From the NCBI GenBank assembly GCA_035277785.1, contig DATEJX010000086.1, positions 1 through 63,081 on the forward strand: a DNA stretch of 63,081 bases, read 5' to 3'. The number at the start of each line of letters is the position of its first letter. The stretch's first letter is position 1. Below are positions 35,051 through 44,191 of this stretch, piece after piece. The notes under the pieces are model-generated. The model saw only the letters and a list, made by a program, of their open reading frames with translations. It had not been told where the DNA came from and searched no databases. Source of the DNA: Candidatus Angelobacter sp. (GTDB lineage Bacteria > Acidobacteriota > Terriglobia > Terriglobales > Acidobacteriaceae). A program made the translations under genes and the position numbers.

Positions 35051-35710
35051 TTACTTTGACGACGTCACCAGCGAATGCGTGATGGCATGCACTGAGAGCG
35101 CAATTCGGTTTTGCACGCCGACTTTGCGCATCAGCTTGGCTACGTGCGCTTTCACGGTGCGCTCTTCAATGCCCAGCACTGATCCAATCTCTTTGTTGGA
35201 GCGTCCCGCCACCAGCAGTTCCAGAACTTCTTTTTCGCGATCGGTGAACGTCACACGGCCTGCGGGGAAGATGCGTCCCGGAGACGACGTCACGCGCTCA
35301 ATGAAAATTGAGAGCACGCGCCGAGGAGCCCACACTGATCCCTGATGAACAATGCGCATGGCCTGAATGAATTCCGCCGGAGACGCCGCTTCGTCCACGT
35401 AACCTTTGGCGCCCGCAGCCAGCGCTTTGAGAATGGTTTCGTCATCCGCGCCACTGCCGGTGACGATAATGCGCAGGTCCGGCCGCGCCGCCTTCAGGCC
35501 CGCCATCACATCAAAAAGGTTCTGCCCTGCACGTGTACCAAGGAGCACCAGATCGATGTCTTTCCGCGGGCCCAGCTCTGCCAGACTGCACGAGATCAAC
35601 TCCAGGTCCTGTTCCGTGTCGAACAGCGACTTTAGTCCAATAAATCGCAGTGGATCACTTTCCACTACCGCTATGCGAATCGTTGGCTTCTTGGACGTGG
35701 CTACCTTCAT
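35051..35710 (-). CDS. Orphan LuxR/NarL-type regulator with a degenerate (pseudo-)receiver domain (219 aa)
   Basis: ATG 35710 lies 5 nt after AAGGAG. C-terminal LuxR HTH (FTDREKEVLELLVAGRSNKEIGSVLGIEERTVKAHV). The receiver fold is present but key positions are substituted, as detailed in the finding for this gene. Confidence 0.85.
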   Translation of the reverse strand: MKVATSKKPTIRIAVVESDPLRFIGLKSLFDTEQDLELISCSLAELGPRKDIDLVLLGTRAGQNLFDVMAGLKAARPDLRIIVTGSGADDETILKALAAGAKGYVDEAASPAEFIQAMRIVHQGSVWAPRRVLSIFIERVTSSPGRIFPAGRVTFTDREKEVLELLVAGRSNKEIGSVLGIEERTVKAHVAKLMRKVGVQNRIALSVHAITHSLVTSSK

Positions 35711-35866
35711 CAATACTCCTTCCCCGACGGTGGCGCCTGTGAGGAACTTAAGTACAATATAACTCGGACAGGACTGAAGGTATCATGAACCTCAGCCCGT
35801 GCCCATTCTTAAGCAGGGTACATGTACGCCGGGAGGAGCGCAATATTCAGGTGTTCTTCTGAGGGG

Positions 35867-36529
35867 TTACTTGCTGGCTTCCAGCAAACCTTCGCCGGGG
35901 GCCTGGTGCAGGCCATCAAGATGGCCCAGAACGAATCCGCGGCGGTATCCATCGCAGTAGCTTGAGCCCGCTCCTGCTTCATTCTTGTGGCTGGGATGAA
36001 AGCTGCACGGAACTGACTGCATATCCACCGGAACTTCTGATTCCCTGGCCCGGGCATGCGATGCGGCGAATCCATCCTGGTAACCGAGTGTCACGCCTCG
36101 GTCAAAAAACACGTCGTGGGCATCCTGCTTGCGAGCCTTGGCGCCAAGACGGCCGCCGACGGCACGAAGGCTGTCAATGGCCCGGAAGGTTCTTCCCGCA
36201 TAACCGTCGCCATATCCTGCTTCCAGGCCCAGCCCAAAGCCCAGTTCAAACGACTTCTTCGGCCCGAATCTCTGGTCATACCCCAGAGGCAGGCCTTTGA
36301 ACTGTTTGAATGCGGTCCGCGGATTCCTCGCCATGTTGATGTCGATGTTGCCTTCGTGATATCCCGTCTCATAACCATGGCGGTAGCCGTGCGCAAATGC
36401 TGAGCGTGTCAGAAGCGTGCCTGTTCCCGCTTCCTGGCAGTGGTTCTCTTCCACCGCCCCAGATGCACTGAGGACAAGGACCAAAGTAACGATGATGGCA
36501 ATTTCGGGCTTCAACATCTGGGCTGGCAA
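35867..36529 (-). CDS. Secreted protein of unknown function with repeated G[YF]xxG[YF] motifs (220 aa)
   Basis: The ORF begins at TTG 36529, with an in-frame ATG at 36517 giving MLKPEIAIIVTLVLVLSASGA (signal-like). Motifs seen: HGYRHGYETGYHEG, LEAGYGDGYAG, TLGYQDGF, CDGYRRGFVLGHLDG. Confidence 0.6.
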   Translation of the reverse strand: MPAQMLKPEIAIIVTLVLVLSASGAVEENHCQEAGTGTLLTRSAFAHGYRHGYETGYHEGNIDINMARNPRTAFKQFKGLPLGYDQRFGPKKSFELGFGLGLEAGYGDGYAGRTFRAIDSLRAVGGRLGAKARKQDAHDVFFDRGVTLGYQDGFAASHARARESEVPVDMQSVPCSFHPSHKNEAGAGSSYCDGYRRGFVLGHLDGLHQAPGEGLLEASK

Positions 36530-36844
36530 CTCACTGTCGACGTGCTGACGGTGAGATGAAGGGCCTGATTACCGGGATGTCACGCCCATCTCCGCCAACT
36601 AAGGTCTATTTACCAGCACCTTAAGTTGTTCTATGAATTCTCGGAAAACGTTTGTAGCTGGATACTTGGCTCACCTTAACCCAATCATGAAGAGTTTAGG
36701 CCCCTTCCAGTCGCCGGACAAAAAACCTGGGGGAATCGGTGGCAGGGAGGGAAGGACTCAGACTGATTAAAACGAGATCCCCCGGACGGCTAAACGGCTT
36801 TCCGGGGTTCGTTTTCCTCCCCGCGCGGTTAGGGCCAATTAAGC

Positions 36845-39800
36845 ATGAAAAGCTTGCTGCATTATCTGCTGCTCGTGTCTCTTCTTGCGCCCTGTTGCTA
36901 TCTCCCTGCCCAGACCCGCAACCCCTACGATCTGAAACTCGACCAACTCTACCAGCGCGTCTCATCTGCCGATAAACTCCAAAAACTCGTTCTTCTCGAC
37001 CAGATGTTTCGCTTGCGGGACCGCCTGGACGACCGCGGACATCTTGAAAGCCTCCTCAGTTCGTTAGCAGATGACAGCCACCAGCCTCCGATTGTGTTTC
37101 GGGAAGCGGCTGCCCTGTCGGCTGACCTCGAGAGTGGAAGTAAGTCATCAGCCGAAGCACGCTGGTTCAGCAACGAAGGTACGAGGCAACAGGTGCTCTC
37201 TGACGCTGCCGCCCGGGTGCGGCCGAACGATGCCGGGAGCTACCAACTTCTCGCCGAACTCGAACTCATGGCCGGTTCACCCGATGCCGGCGCTCATATG
37301 GAGCAGGCTGCTCAACTCGCGCCTACCGCACAACGTTGGGAACTGCTTGCATCGTTCACTAATGACCCATTCCGCAAGTTTGCCGCGCTCGAATCAGGCC
37401 TCGCGCTGGCTCCCAATGACAGCCAACTGAATCTTCAGCTCGGGGCCTATTATGTTGGCCGCAACCAACTGGAAAAGGCGCGTGACGTCCTCATGCTCGC
37501 CAGCTCTGCCTCGCCGGATGACTTTGTGGTTCGTGGACAGCTGGCTACGCTCTATCTGAATCTGGGTTTGCGCTCGCAGGCTCTACGAGAGTTCAAGCAA
37601 TTGCAGGAGCGCTTCCCACATCCCATCTGGCTCAGGTCACAGTTGGCCCTTGACTTCGAGCACCTTGGTCTCCGCGATGATGCTGCTCGCCTTGCCGCCT
37701 CGGTTCTGAGGGACGAGAGCAGCTCCGTAGAAATGCTTGAGCTCCTGGCCCGATTCCATGCCAGCCGCCAGATGACCGCCGAGTTGAAAACTGACTATCT
37801 CGCCTTGTGCCAACTTCAGCCCCACGTTGTGGAGGTCTGGAGACGGCTGGCGCAGCTTGAATTTAATTCCGGTGACCTCAACGGCGCTCGCTCAACCCTG
37901 TCACATCTCTTGCAGTTGAATCCCGCTGATGCAGAGGCCCATCGCCTTCTTGCCCAGACTTATCAGCGACTTCATCTGGATGCCCAGGCACAGCAGGAGC
38001 TCTCAACCGCGCAACAGGGTTCCGGTGCCGCACCCGGAACAGCTTCCGTACATTCGGAAGACAAAGATTTTTTAGAGAACGCAAGCGCAGTGGTAAAAGA
38101 AGCTTTCCTTCACCCGCCGCATTCCGCGGACGTGGCGCTGGCAGATGTTCGTGTTCAGCAGCTTGAAGCAAACGGACTGGACCGTGTACATGTGCAGCAG
38201 ATCTTCTTCATCGGCTCGGATGCGGCACTGGATGCCCATCGGCTTACCGAGATTCGTTACTCGCCGTCATCAGAAGCTTTGCGCGTAATCCGCGCTCGCG
38301 ACTGGAAGCCGGACGGAAAAACCCTGGATGCGCAGGACCTTGGCGAGCGCGAAGAATCCGATTCTTCCCTTTCCATGTATTACGACGCGCGCACGCGAGC
38401 CCTTCGTTTTACCGGGCTGGAAAAAGGGGACGTGGTTGAAGTGGAATACTCCATCTCGCCTGCTCTTCGTTCCAGCCAGTATGGAAAATACTTTGGTGAG
38501 CTGGTCTTTTTTGCCGGCCAGGCCGAGACCCAGTTGAAGCGCTATGTTTTGATTGCGCCTGCAACGGAAACCATCTACTCCCATGCGGAGAAAGTCCAGC
38601 CGCCCACAGTGCTGACCCGTGACGAAAACAAGATTTTTGTCTGGGAGTCCCGCCAGATTCCCTCGCTGTTACGCGAACCGCGTGGCCCCGGAATGACGGA
38701 ACTTGCACCCTATGTGCACGTCTCCACTTTCTCTGATTGGAGGCAGCTCGGCGCCTGGTACGCTGACCTGGTGCGGCCGCAGTTTGCGCTCGACCAGCCG
38801 CTCCAGGAAAAACTGTCTGCGTTGCTCGAAGGCAGGCATAATGACAGGGAAAAGATTGCCGCCATCCAGGATTTCGTCCTCCGCGGCACCCATTACGTCG
38901 CTCAGGAATTCGGAATCTATAGTTACAAGCCTTACCCCGTAGCGCAGACGTACGCGCGTCGTTTTGGCGATTGCAAAGACAAAGCCAGCCTCATGATTGC
39001 CCTGCTGCGTGCCGCCGGCATTGATGCCCGGCTTGCCCTTTTGCGAACCCGCTCGCTCGGTTCCATTGCTGCCACGCCGGCATCCATCGCAGTGTTTAAT
39101 CACGCCATTGTCTACATCCCCAAATATGATCTGTGGCTTGATGGGACGGCCGATTACGCCGTGCGCGAATTGCCGCTGGATGATCAGGGCGCAATGGCTC
39201 TTACAGTTGGGCTCGATGGCACGGCGCAGCTTCGCTACACACCCATGAGCCGGGCCGCTGACAACTACACAAGGCATATCATTCAGGCCCAGCTTACGAA
39301 CCAGGGCACGATTCGCTTTTCCGGCTCAACTGCGGCTCGCGGTGAAGATGCGCCGGGTCTGCGTCAGGAGCTTTCAGTTCGCGAACAGCAACTCGATAGC
39401 TGGCGCCGCGACCTCGCCCAGGTTTTTCCCAGTGTCCAGGTCTATAGCGTGACCGTTCGCGATGAAAAATGGGCCGCTGAAGAGAAAGTGGATGACGGCA
39501 TCAACGTGGATTTCCGCGGAGATCTGGGTTCCGCCCGGCAAAAACGCGTGATTTCGCTCAGTTCCACCTGGATGCCGCGATCCTATACCGCAGCCCTGGC
39601 TCCTTCCAGCAGTCGTTCCCAGGACCTTGTTCTCTTTGCTCCATGGACGACGGAAGAGGAAATTCATGTTGCACTCCCTGCTGGCGCGCGCGTTGCCGAG
39701 TTACCACACGACAGGAGCATCACAACTTCTTTCGGCTCACTGAGAATTCATTACCGCAAATTTCCGGGTTCCATCCTGGTGCAAAGCAAGATCGAGTTTG

Positions 39801-39904
39801 ATAACGCGCGCATCGCCGCCGCCGACTACCCGGCATTTCATGAGTTCTGCCTGACCGCAGAACGCAGCTTTCGCGATGAGATCAAAGTGGAGCTCCCGCA
39901 GTGA
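36845..39904 (+). CDS. Secreted TPR-repeat / DUF3857-like / transglutaminase-like cysteine protease domain protein (1,019 aa)
   Basis: Signal peptide MKSLLHYLLLVSLLAPCCYLPAQ. TPR-like helical repeats fill the first ~400 aa. The transglutaminase core has Cys in RRFGDCKDKASL (TGC at 38972-38974), His in FNHAIVYI and Asp in LWLDGT. Confidence 0.85.
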   Translation: MKSLLHYLLLVSLLAPCCYLPAQTRNPYDLKLDQLYQRVSSADKLQKLVLLDQMFRLRDRLDDRGHLESLLSSLADDSHQPPIVFREAAALSADLESGSKSSAEARWFSNEGTRQQVLSDAAARVRPNDAGSYQLLAELELMAGSPDAGAHMEQAAQLAPTAQRWELLASFTNDPFRKFAALESGLALAPNDSQLNLQLGAYYVGRNQLEKARDVLMLASSASPDDFVVRGQLATLYLNLGLRSQALREFKQLQERFPHPIWLRSQLALDFEHLGLRDDAARLAASVLRDESSSVEMLELLARFHASRQMTAELKTDYLALCQLQPHVVEVWRRLAQLEFNSGDLNGARSTLSHLLQLNPADAEAHRLLAQTYQRLHLDAQAQQELSTAQQGSGAAPGTASVHSEDKDFLENASAVVKEAFLHPPHSADVALADVRVQQLEANGLDRVHVQQIFFIGSDAALDAHRLTEIRYSPSSEALRVIRARDWKPDGKTLDAQDLGEREESDSSLSMYYDARTRALRFTGLEKGDVVEVEYSISPALRSSQYGKYFGELVFFAGQAETQLKRYVLIAPATETIYSHAEKVQPPTVLTRDENKIFVWESRQIPSLLREPRGPGMTELAPYVHVSTFSDWRQLGAWYADLVRPQFALDQPLQEKLSALLEGRHNDREKIAAIQDFVLRGTHYVAQEFGIYSYKPYPVAQTYARRFGDCKDKASLMIALLRAAGIDARLALLRTRSLGSIAATPASIAVFNHAIVYIPKYDLWLDGTADYAVRELPLDDQGAMALTVGLDGTAQLRYTPMSRAADNYTRHIIQAQLTNQGTIRFSGSTAARGEDAPGLRQELSVREQQLDSWRRDLAQVFPSVQVYSVTVRDEKWAAEEKVDDGINVDFRGDLGSARQKRVISLSSTWMPRSYTAALAPSSSRSQDLVLFAPWTTEEEIHVALPAGARVAELPHDRSITTSFGSLRIHYRKFPGSILVQSKIEFDNARIAAADYPAFHEFCLTAERSFRDEIKVELPQ

Positions 39905-42900
39905 ATCTTCTCCGGAAGCTGGGCTTACTTGCATCCTGCCTGGTTGGGTTGGTGGCTGTTTCTTCGGCTCTCCCCCTGCAAGGTCCGGCTGCGGAACGCG
40001 ACGCCTCTGCGAAACTGCAACAGGATTTTTTCTCTGACTTTAATCTCACCGCCTCAGCCGCTGATGCTGATCAACTTCTGCGCCGTCACCCCGGTGATGT
40101 CATCGCTCTTTTTGTGCAGATGGAAACCGCAGCGCTTCAGCTGCGCACGGAATCAGTGCTCGATTCGGCTTTGCGCCTGTGCACCATGCCTGCGCCTCCG
40201 GAAATCCAGGAAATAGCTTCCAGCCGCATCCTGGAAAATGCGGGCAACTCCCGTTTATTCCGCGAGGTATTGCGCCGCGTGGGCCTGGCCATGGAAGAGG
40301 ACAACGCATGCACATTCAACCTTCGCCTGGCACTCGTCGCCGCAGCGGCGGATGGCGCAACCTCTCTGGACCTGGATAAAACGGCCGATTCTGCAGGCCT
40401 CCTCACGCGCTGGCGCATCGCAGGGCCTTTTGGTCATTTCAGCAACCTGGATTTCAACCGCAAGTGGGCGCCGGAGTCAGCCGCATACTGGACATCCACG
40501 GCTTCGTCTGTTGAGCGGTTCTGGTTTCGCGACGGCATGCTTTCCTTCCCGGAATACTTTTCCGCTCCCGGGATCTTCTATGCCATAGCCGAGGTGCAGA
40601 GCGTAACCAACGGTCTTTCCCAGCTTGATGTGCTTAGCCCTGGCCCCTATATCGTCTTCATAGACGGCCGGCCGATCTTATCCATGGATTCGCGGTATGT
40701 TACGGGCGCAAACCGCAATTCAGCTACGATACACCTGGCTCCGGGGCCTCATCGCGTCATGGTGAAGCTCACCACTGACGCCACGCCCTTCAGCGCAGAC
40801 TTACATCCGGCGTTTTCATCATCCAGGCAACGCCCTATTTTGTCCTCCAGCCCTCCTGCTGCCGATTACATCCGCGCTCTGCTGGAATACTTCCGCGGCA
40901 ATCTGAGTGAGGTGGAGCGAAGGACTGCGTCGCGCTCGGACGATGACCACGGGCCGTTTCTTTATCTGCGGGCGCTTCTCTGGTCAGCCGCCGATGACCA
41001 TTCACCGCGAGCTGCTGAAGCCTGGCGATCACTGGCCAAAGCGCATGCTTCGGCGTTGCTCGCGAATGCCAAAGCGGCGGAATTCTCCCTTGAGAATGAC
41101 GCCTCCAATGAGCTTCGCGCTGAAATCATGAAATTGGCACAGCAGCGTCCTGAATCCGATATTGCAGCAAACCTCGCGCTCCGTGTAGTTGGTTCTGATA
41201 CGCCAGCAAGAACGCGGGCTTTTGCTCATCTGCTTGAGTTGCACCCGGCGTGCTCTTACCTGCTGGATGCCGCCAGGTTCTACGACTTTGCGGGTGATCC
41301 CGCGAACGCTCAGAAAACTGAACTGCGTATGGCCACTTGTGCGCCTGAATCCCTTCAGTACGCCCGCGTGCTTTCTGATTCAGGGCGGCATCGTGATAGC
41401 GCGGCTTTGCTGGAGCAGAAAATCAGGAAGAATCCTCTGAATCGCGCCGCGCGAAAACTACTGGTGCAGGAGCTTGTGCTTTCTGATCAATTGGACAAGG
41501 CCAAAAAGCAGGCCCAGGAACTGCATTCCATTGCGCCTGGCAGTCGTATTTACGCCAAACTGCCTTCCGATCCCGCTGCTGTTCTTGACAGCAACAGTCT
41601 GCGCGCGCAGAATTTTGTTTCACAGGCGGAATTCTATGCCCGCTACCGCGAGGACGGCACACAAGTGGTTCGCGCTTCTGCCAGGGATAAGAGTCTGGCT
41701 GGAAGCCCCGTAGCCATCCTGCTCTCCGACCGCGTTCTCAAAATCCGCAGTGATGGCACTGCTTCTCTTTACTCGCATCAGGTAACCCGGCTTCTCGATC
41801 ATCAGTCCATCAGCCGTTACGGAGAGGTCGTTCTGCCCCGCGGCTCTGAGATTCTCGAGTTGCGCACCATCAAGCCCGATGGTCGAACGGTTGAGCCCGA
41901 ACTCACGGCACAAAAGTCCGCCATCTCCATGCCTGCTCTTGAGCCGGGAGACTGCATCGACGAAGAGTTTGTCACGCACTACTCTGACTGGGCTCTGCTT
42001 CCCGCCGCGTCTTCACTTTTTGAGTTCGGTTCCCTCAGCGCCCCGGTTTTGCGCACGCAGTTCATGCTGCTTGCTCCAAAGTCGGCAAACGTCAGAATCG
42101 AGCAACTGAACGGCGCGCCCGCAGGCGCAACAGAAGCCGTCGGCGAAGATGTGGTGCACACATGGAAAATGGACCACCTGGCGGCAGTCGCCGCCGAACC
42201 TTTCTTCCCTGCCGGCGTGCTCCCGGCCATTACAGTGAGATCAACCGAAAGCACGCTGGAGCGTTTTGAGGATGCGTTGATTGATTCCACCCGCATTGGA
42301 CCTCATGTAGTGGAAGTCGCGTTAGACCAGAGATTTCCTGCGAATGCTTCTGATCGGGAAAAAGCTCTTGTGCTCTATCAATACGTGACTGAGAAATTGG
42401 GCTCGACGGGCGCTGATTTTTCCTCGAGCACGGCAGAAGATGCCTTTTCTGCCGGTGAGGGGAGCCGCACCTCTGCCCTTCTCGCCCTCGCGCGTGCAAG
42501 CGGCCTCAACGCAACGCTGCTGCTCGCGCGCAAAATAGGCGCCAACTGCACGTCAAACGTGAGCCTGGACTGCTATACAGAACCGCTGGTGCGTTTTTGG
42601 GTTGGCGGGGAAGTCATTGATGCGAATGCAGAAGCCGACGACGTCGCTTTCGGCGAGATATCTCCTGTTCTCGATGCTCACAACGCCTGGCTGGTTCCTC
42701 TGGCAGCAGGAAACTCAGATAAGCCGGAGATCATCTCGCTCTCCATGCCTCCGCTTCAGGAGCAGACGGTCGGAGAAGGCGACCTCTTCCTGGACAGGAA
42801 TGGAAATTTATCGGCGAGTATCCACATCCGGCTCGGCGCCTCGCGCGCCCAGGAAGTCAGGGCTGGTCTTCATACAGGGAGCGGGCGCGAGCGCCAGGAT

Positions 42901-43434
42901 TTGTTTGAGCAGTTTGCTTCTCGCATATTCCCTGGGGCCACAGCCGTCCAGGGTGATGTTTCTCACCCGGCAGAACCGCAGCAGCCTCTGGAGCTTTCAT
43001 TGCGGTGCGCCGTTCCTCAATTCATCAACATGCAACCGGGTCTGAGGGAAACAGGGCAGCTTGCTCCCCTTCTCGGACTGAGGAACTCATTCGGAAAAAT
43101 TGCCCGCCGTACTTATCCCATGCTCCTCAACTCAGTTTTATCAGAGAGCACAATTTTCCATTTGCATTTGCCGGAGGGAGTTTCGGCCGCTTCATTGCCG
43201 CACGATATGACAATCAACAGTGAATTTGGACAGTATGCCATGAAATTCTCAGAGGGCAACGGGCAGCTGAATATCACGCGCGAATTCAATATTCCTGTTC
43301 AGCTGGTTCCGGCGGAGCGGTTTCCGGCTTTTCTGAACTTTGCGCGGCGAATCGATGACGCCGAGCGTCAGATGATTACATTCTCCATAGGAAAGGAAGC
43401 CGCTATCAAAAGCAGCACGTCAGCGGCGGAATAA
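39901..43434 (+). CDS. Secreted paralog of the upstream gene: helical-repeat / DUF3857-like / degenerate transglutaminase-like domain protein (1,177 aa)
   Basis: The GTG start overlaps the upstream stop (GTGA at 39901-39904). Signal-like N-terminus. The region equivalent to the transglutaminase core reads GEGSRTSALLALARASGLNATLLLAR, with Ser (AGC 42463-42465) in place of the catalytic Cys. Confidence 0.85.
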   Translation: MNLLRKLGLLASCLVGLVAVSSALPLQGPAAERDASAKLQQDFFSDFNLTASAADADQLLRRHPGDVIALFVQMETAALQLRTESVLDSALRLCTMPAPPEIQEIASSRILENAGNSRLFREVLRRVGLAMEEDNACTFNLRLALVAAAADGATSLDLDKTADSAGLLTRWRIAGPFGHFSNLDFNRKWAPESAAYWTSTASSVERFWFRDGMLSFPEYFSAPGIFYAIAEVQSVTNGLSQLDVLSPGPYIVFIDGRPILSMDSRYVTGANRNSATIHLAPGPHRVMVKLTTDATPFSADLHPAFSSSRQRPILSSSPPAADYIRALLEYFRGNLSEVERRTASRSDDDHGPFLYLRALLWSAADDHSPRAAEAWRSLAKAHASALLANAKAAEFSLENDASNELRAEIMKLAQQRPESDIAANLALRVVGSDTPARTRAFAHLLELHPACSYLLDAARFYDFAGDPANAQKTELRMATCAPESLQYARVLSDSGRHRDSAALLEQKIRKNPLNRAARKLLVQELVLSDQLDKAKKQAQELHSIAPGSRIYAKLPSDPAAVLDSNSLRAQNFVSQAEFYARYREDGTQVVRASARDKSLAGSPVAILLSDRVLKIRSDGTASLYSHQVTRLLDHQSISRYGEVVLPRGSEILELRTIKPDGRTVEPELTAQKSAISMPALEPGDCIDEEFVTHYSDWALLPAASSLFEFGSLSAPVLRTQFMLLAPKSANVRIEQLNGAPAGATEAVGEDVVHTWKMDHLAAVAAEPFFPAGVLPAITVRSTESTLERFEDALIDSTRIGPHVVEVALDQRFPANASDREKALVLYQYVTEKLGSTGADFSSSTAEDAFSAGEGSRTSALLALARASGLNATLLLARKIGANCTSNVSLDCYTEPLVRFWVGGEVIDANAEADDVAFGEISPVLDAHNAWLVPLAAGNSDKPEIISLSMPPLQEQTVGEGDLFLDRNGNLSASIHIRLGASRAQEVRAGLHTGSGRERQDLFEQFASRIFPGATAVQGDVSHPAEPQQPLELSLRCAVPQFINMQPGLRETGQLAPLLGLRNSFGKIARRTYPMLLNSVLSESTIFHLHLPEGVSAASLPHDMTINSEFGQYAMKFSEGNGQLNITREFNIPVQLVPAERFPAFLNFARRIDDAERQMITFSIGKEAAIKSSTSAAE

Positions 43435-43462
43435 AATCTCCTGGCCTTGCAGGCAAAATAGA

Positions 43463-43744
43463 TCAGTAGCGGCTGCCACCAGCCACAGGAATGTTGCGTA
43501 CGCCCCCACCCTGGTGTTCGCCGATGCGCTCCAGAAACGCGGCCGCCATGTCAACGAACTTGCTTCCCTTCTCAATGTACTCCGGTAGGTTATGCCAGAT
43601 CTCTTCAAACTTCTCCGGATGCTCAGATGCCAGCGTGGCCGCACCAATTCCGGCCACAGCCAGTCCCGCCGGACGGCGGCCCGTCAGGAAAAGGATTGCC
43701 CCTGCTGCAAACGAGCCATATATCAACACCTTTTTCCAATCCAT
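43463..43744 (-). CDS. Small membrane protein, unknown function (93 aa)
   Basis: ATG start. One or two hydrophobic segments (VLIYGSFAAGAILFLTG, AGLAVAGIGAATLA) followed by a charged helical tail. Confidence 0.55.
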   Translation of the reverse strand: MDWKKVLIYGSFAAGAILFLTGRRPAGLAVAGIGAATLASEHPEKFEEIWHNLPEYIEKGSKFVDMAAAFLERIGEHQGGGVRNIPVAGGSRY

Positions 43745-43948
43745 CTCTCACACCCTCCGGCACTCAGCCAAATTTATAAACTCACCTATTAGAGCAACGG
43801 CATCTTCGCTTTGTTGCCCTCTCACACACGGGCCGCTTTCAACCACTAATGAATTATAGCCATGAACAGGCATCGATCCTTGCTTTGCGAACAGAGTCGA
43901 AGAACAAAGCGAGAATCTACTCCGAAGGAAAATTCAGGACGATTTTTG

Positions 43949-43988
43949 CAAAAAGAAAAGTGGGCGTCGGTATAGGGGCGACGCCCAC
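43949..43988 (-). terminator. Rho-independent terminator (second of two on the minus strand downstream of the sigma-factor gene)
   Basis: GTGGGCGTCG (43960-43969) pairs with CGACGCCCAC (43979-43988). On the minus strand it is followed by TTTTCTTTTTG. Confidence 0.7.
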
Positions 43989-44132
43989 GTGGGGGTACTG
44001 CGTATGTTGTTACCAAAATAGACGAAATCTATAAGAAAAAGTTTCACCGATTGGCGAAATTAACATAAATAAACATTTTATTATCAACACGCTTTACAAA
44101 CTGTTGAATCGGCTGCACGTTCGACGAAGGAC

Positions 44133-44161
44133 AGAAAAAAGCCCCTCAATTTCTGAGGGGC
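44133..44161 (-). terminator. Rho-independent terminator immediately after the ECF sigma gene
   Basis: GCCCCTCA (44141-44148) pairs with TGAGGGGC (44154-44161). On the minus strand it is followed by TTTTTTCTG. It lies 31 nt below the stop at 44192. Confidence 0.75.
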
Positions 44162-44191
44162 CGGAGACAATAAGGAGAGAGGAATTGAGAT

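Noticed and set aside
36780-36820. Hairpin CCCCGGA/TCCGGGG followed by TTCGTTTTCC about 40 nt upstream of the transglutaminase gene start, a possible terminator or attenuator.
   Set aside because: It has only a 7-bp stem with a 14-nt unstructured loop and an interrupted T-run. There is no upstream + strand gene to terminate. It is too weak to call.
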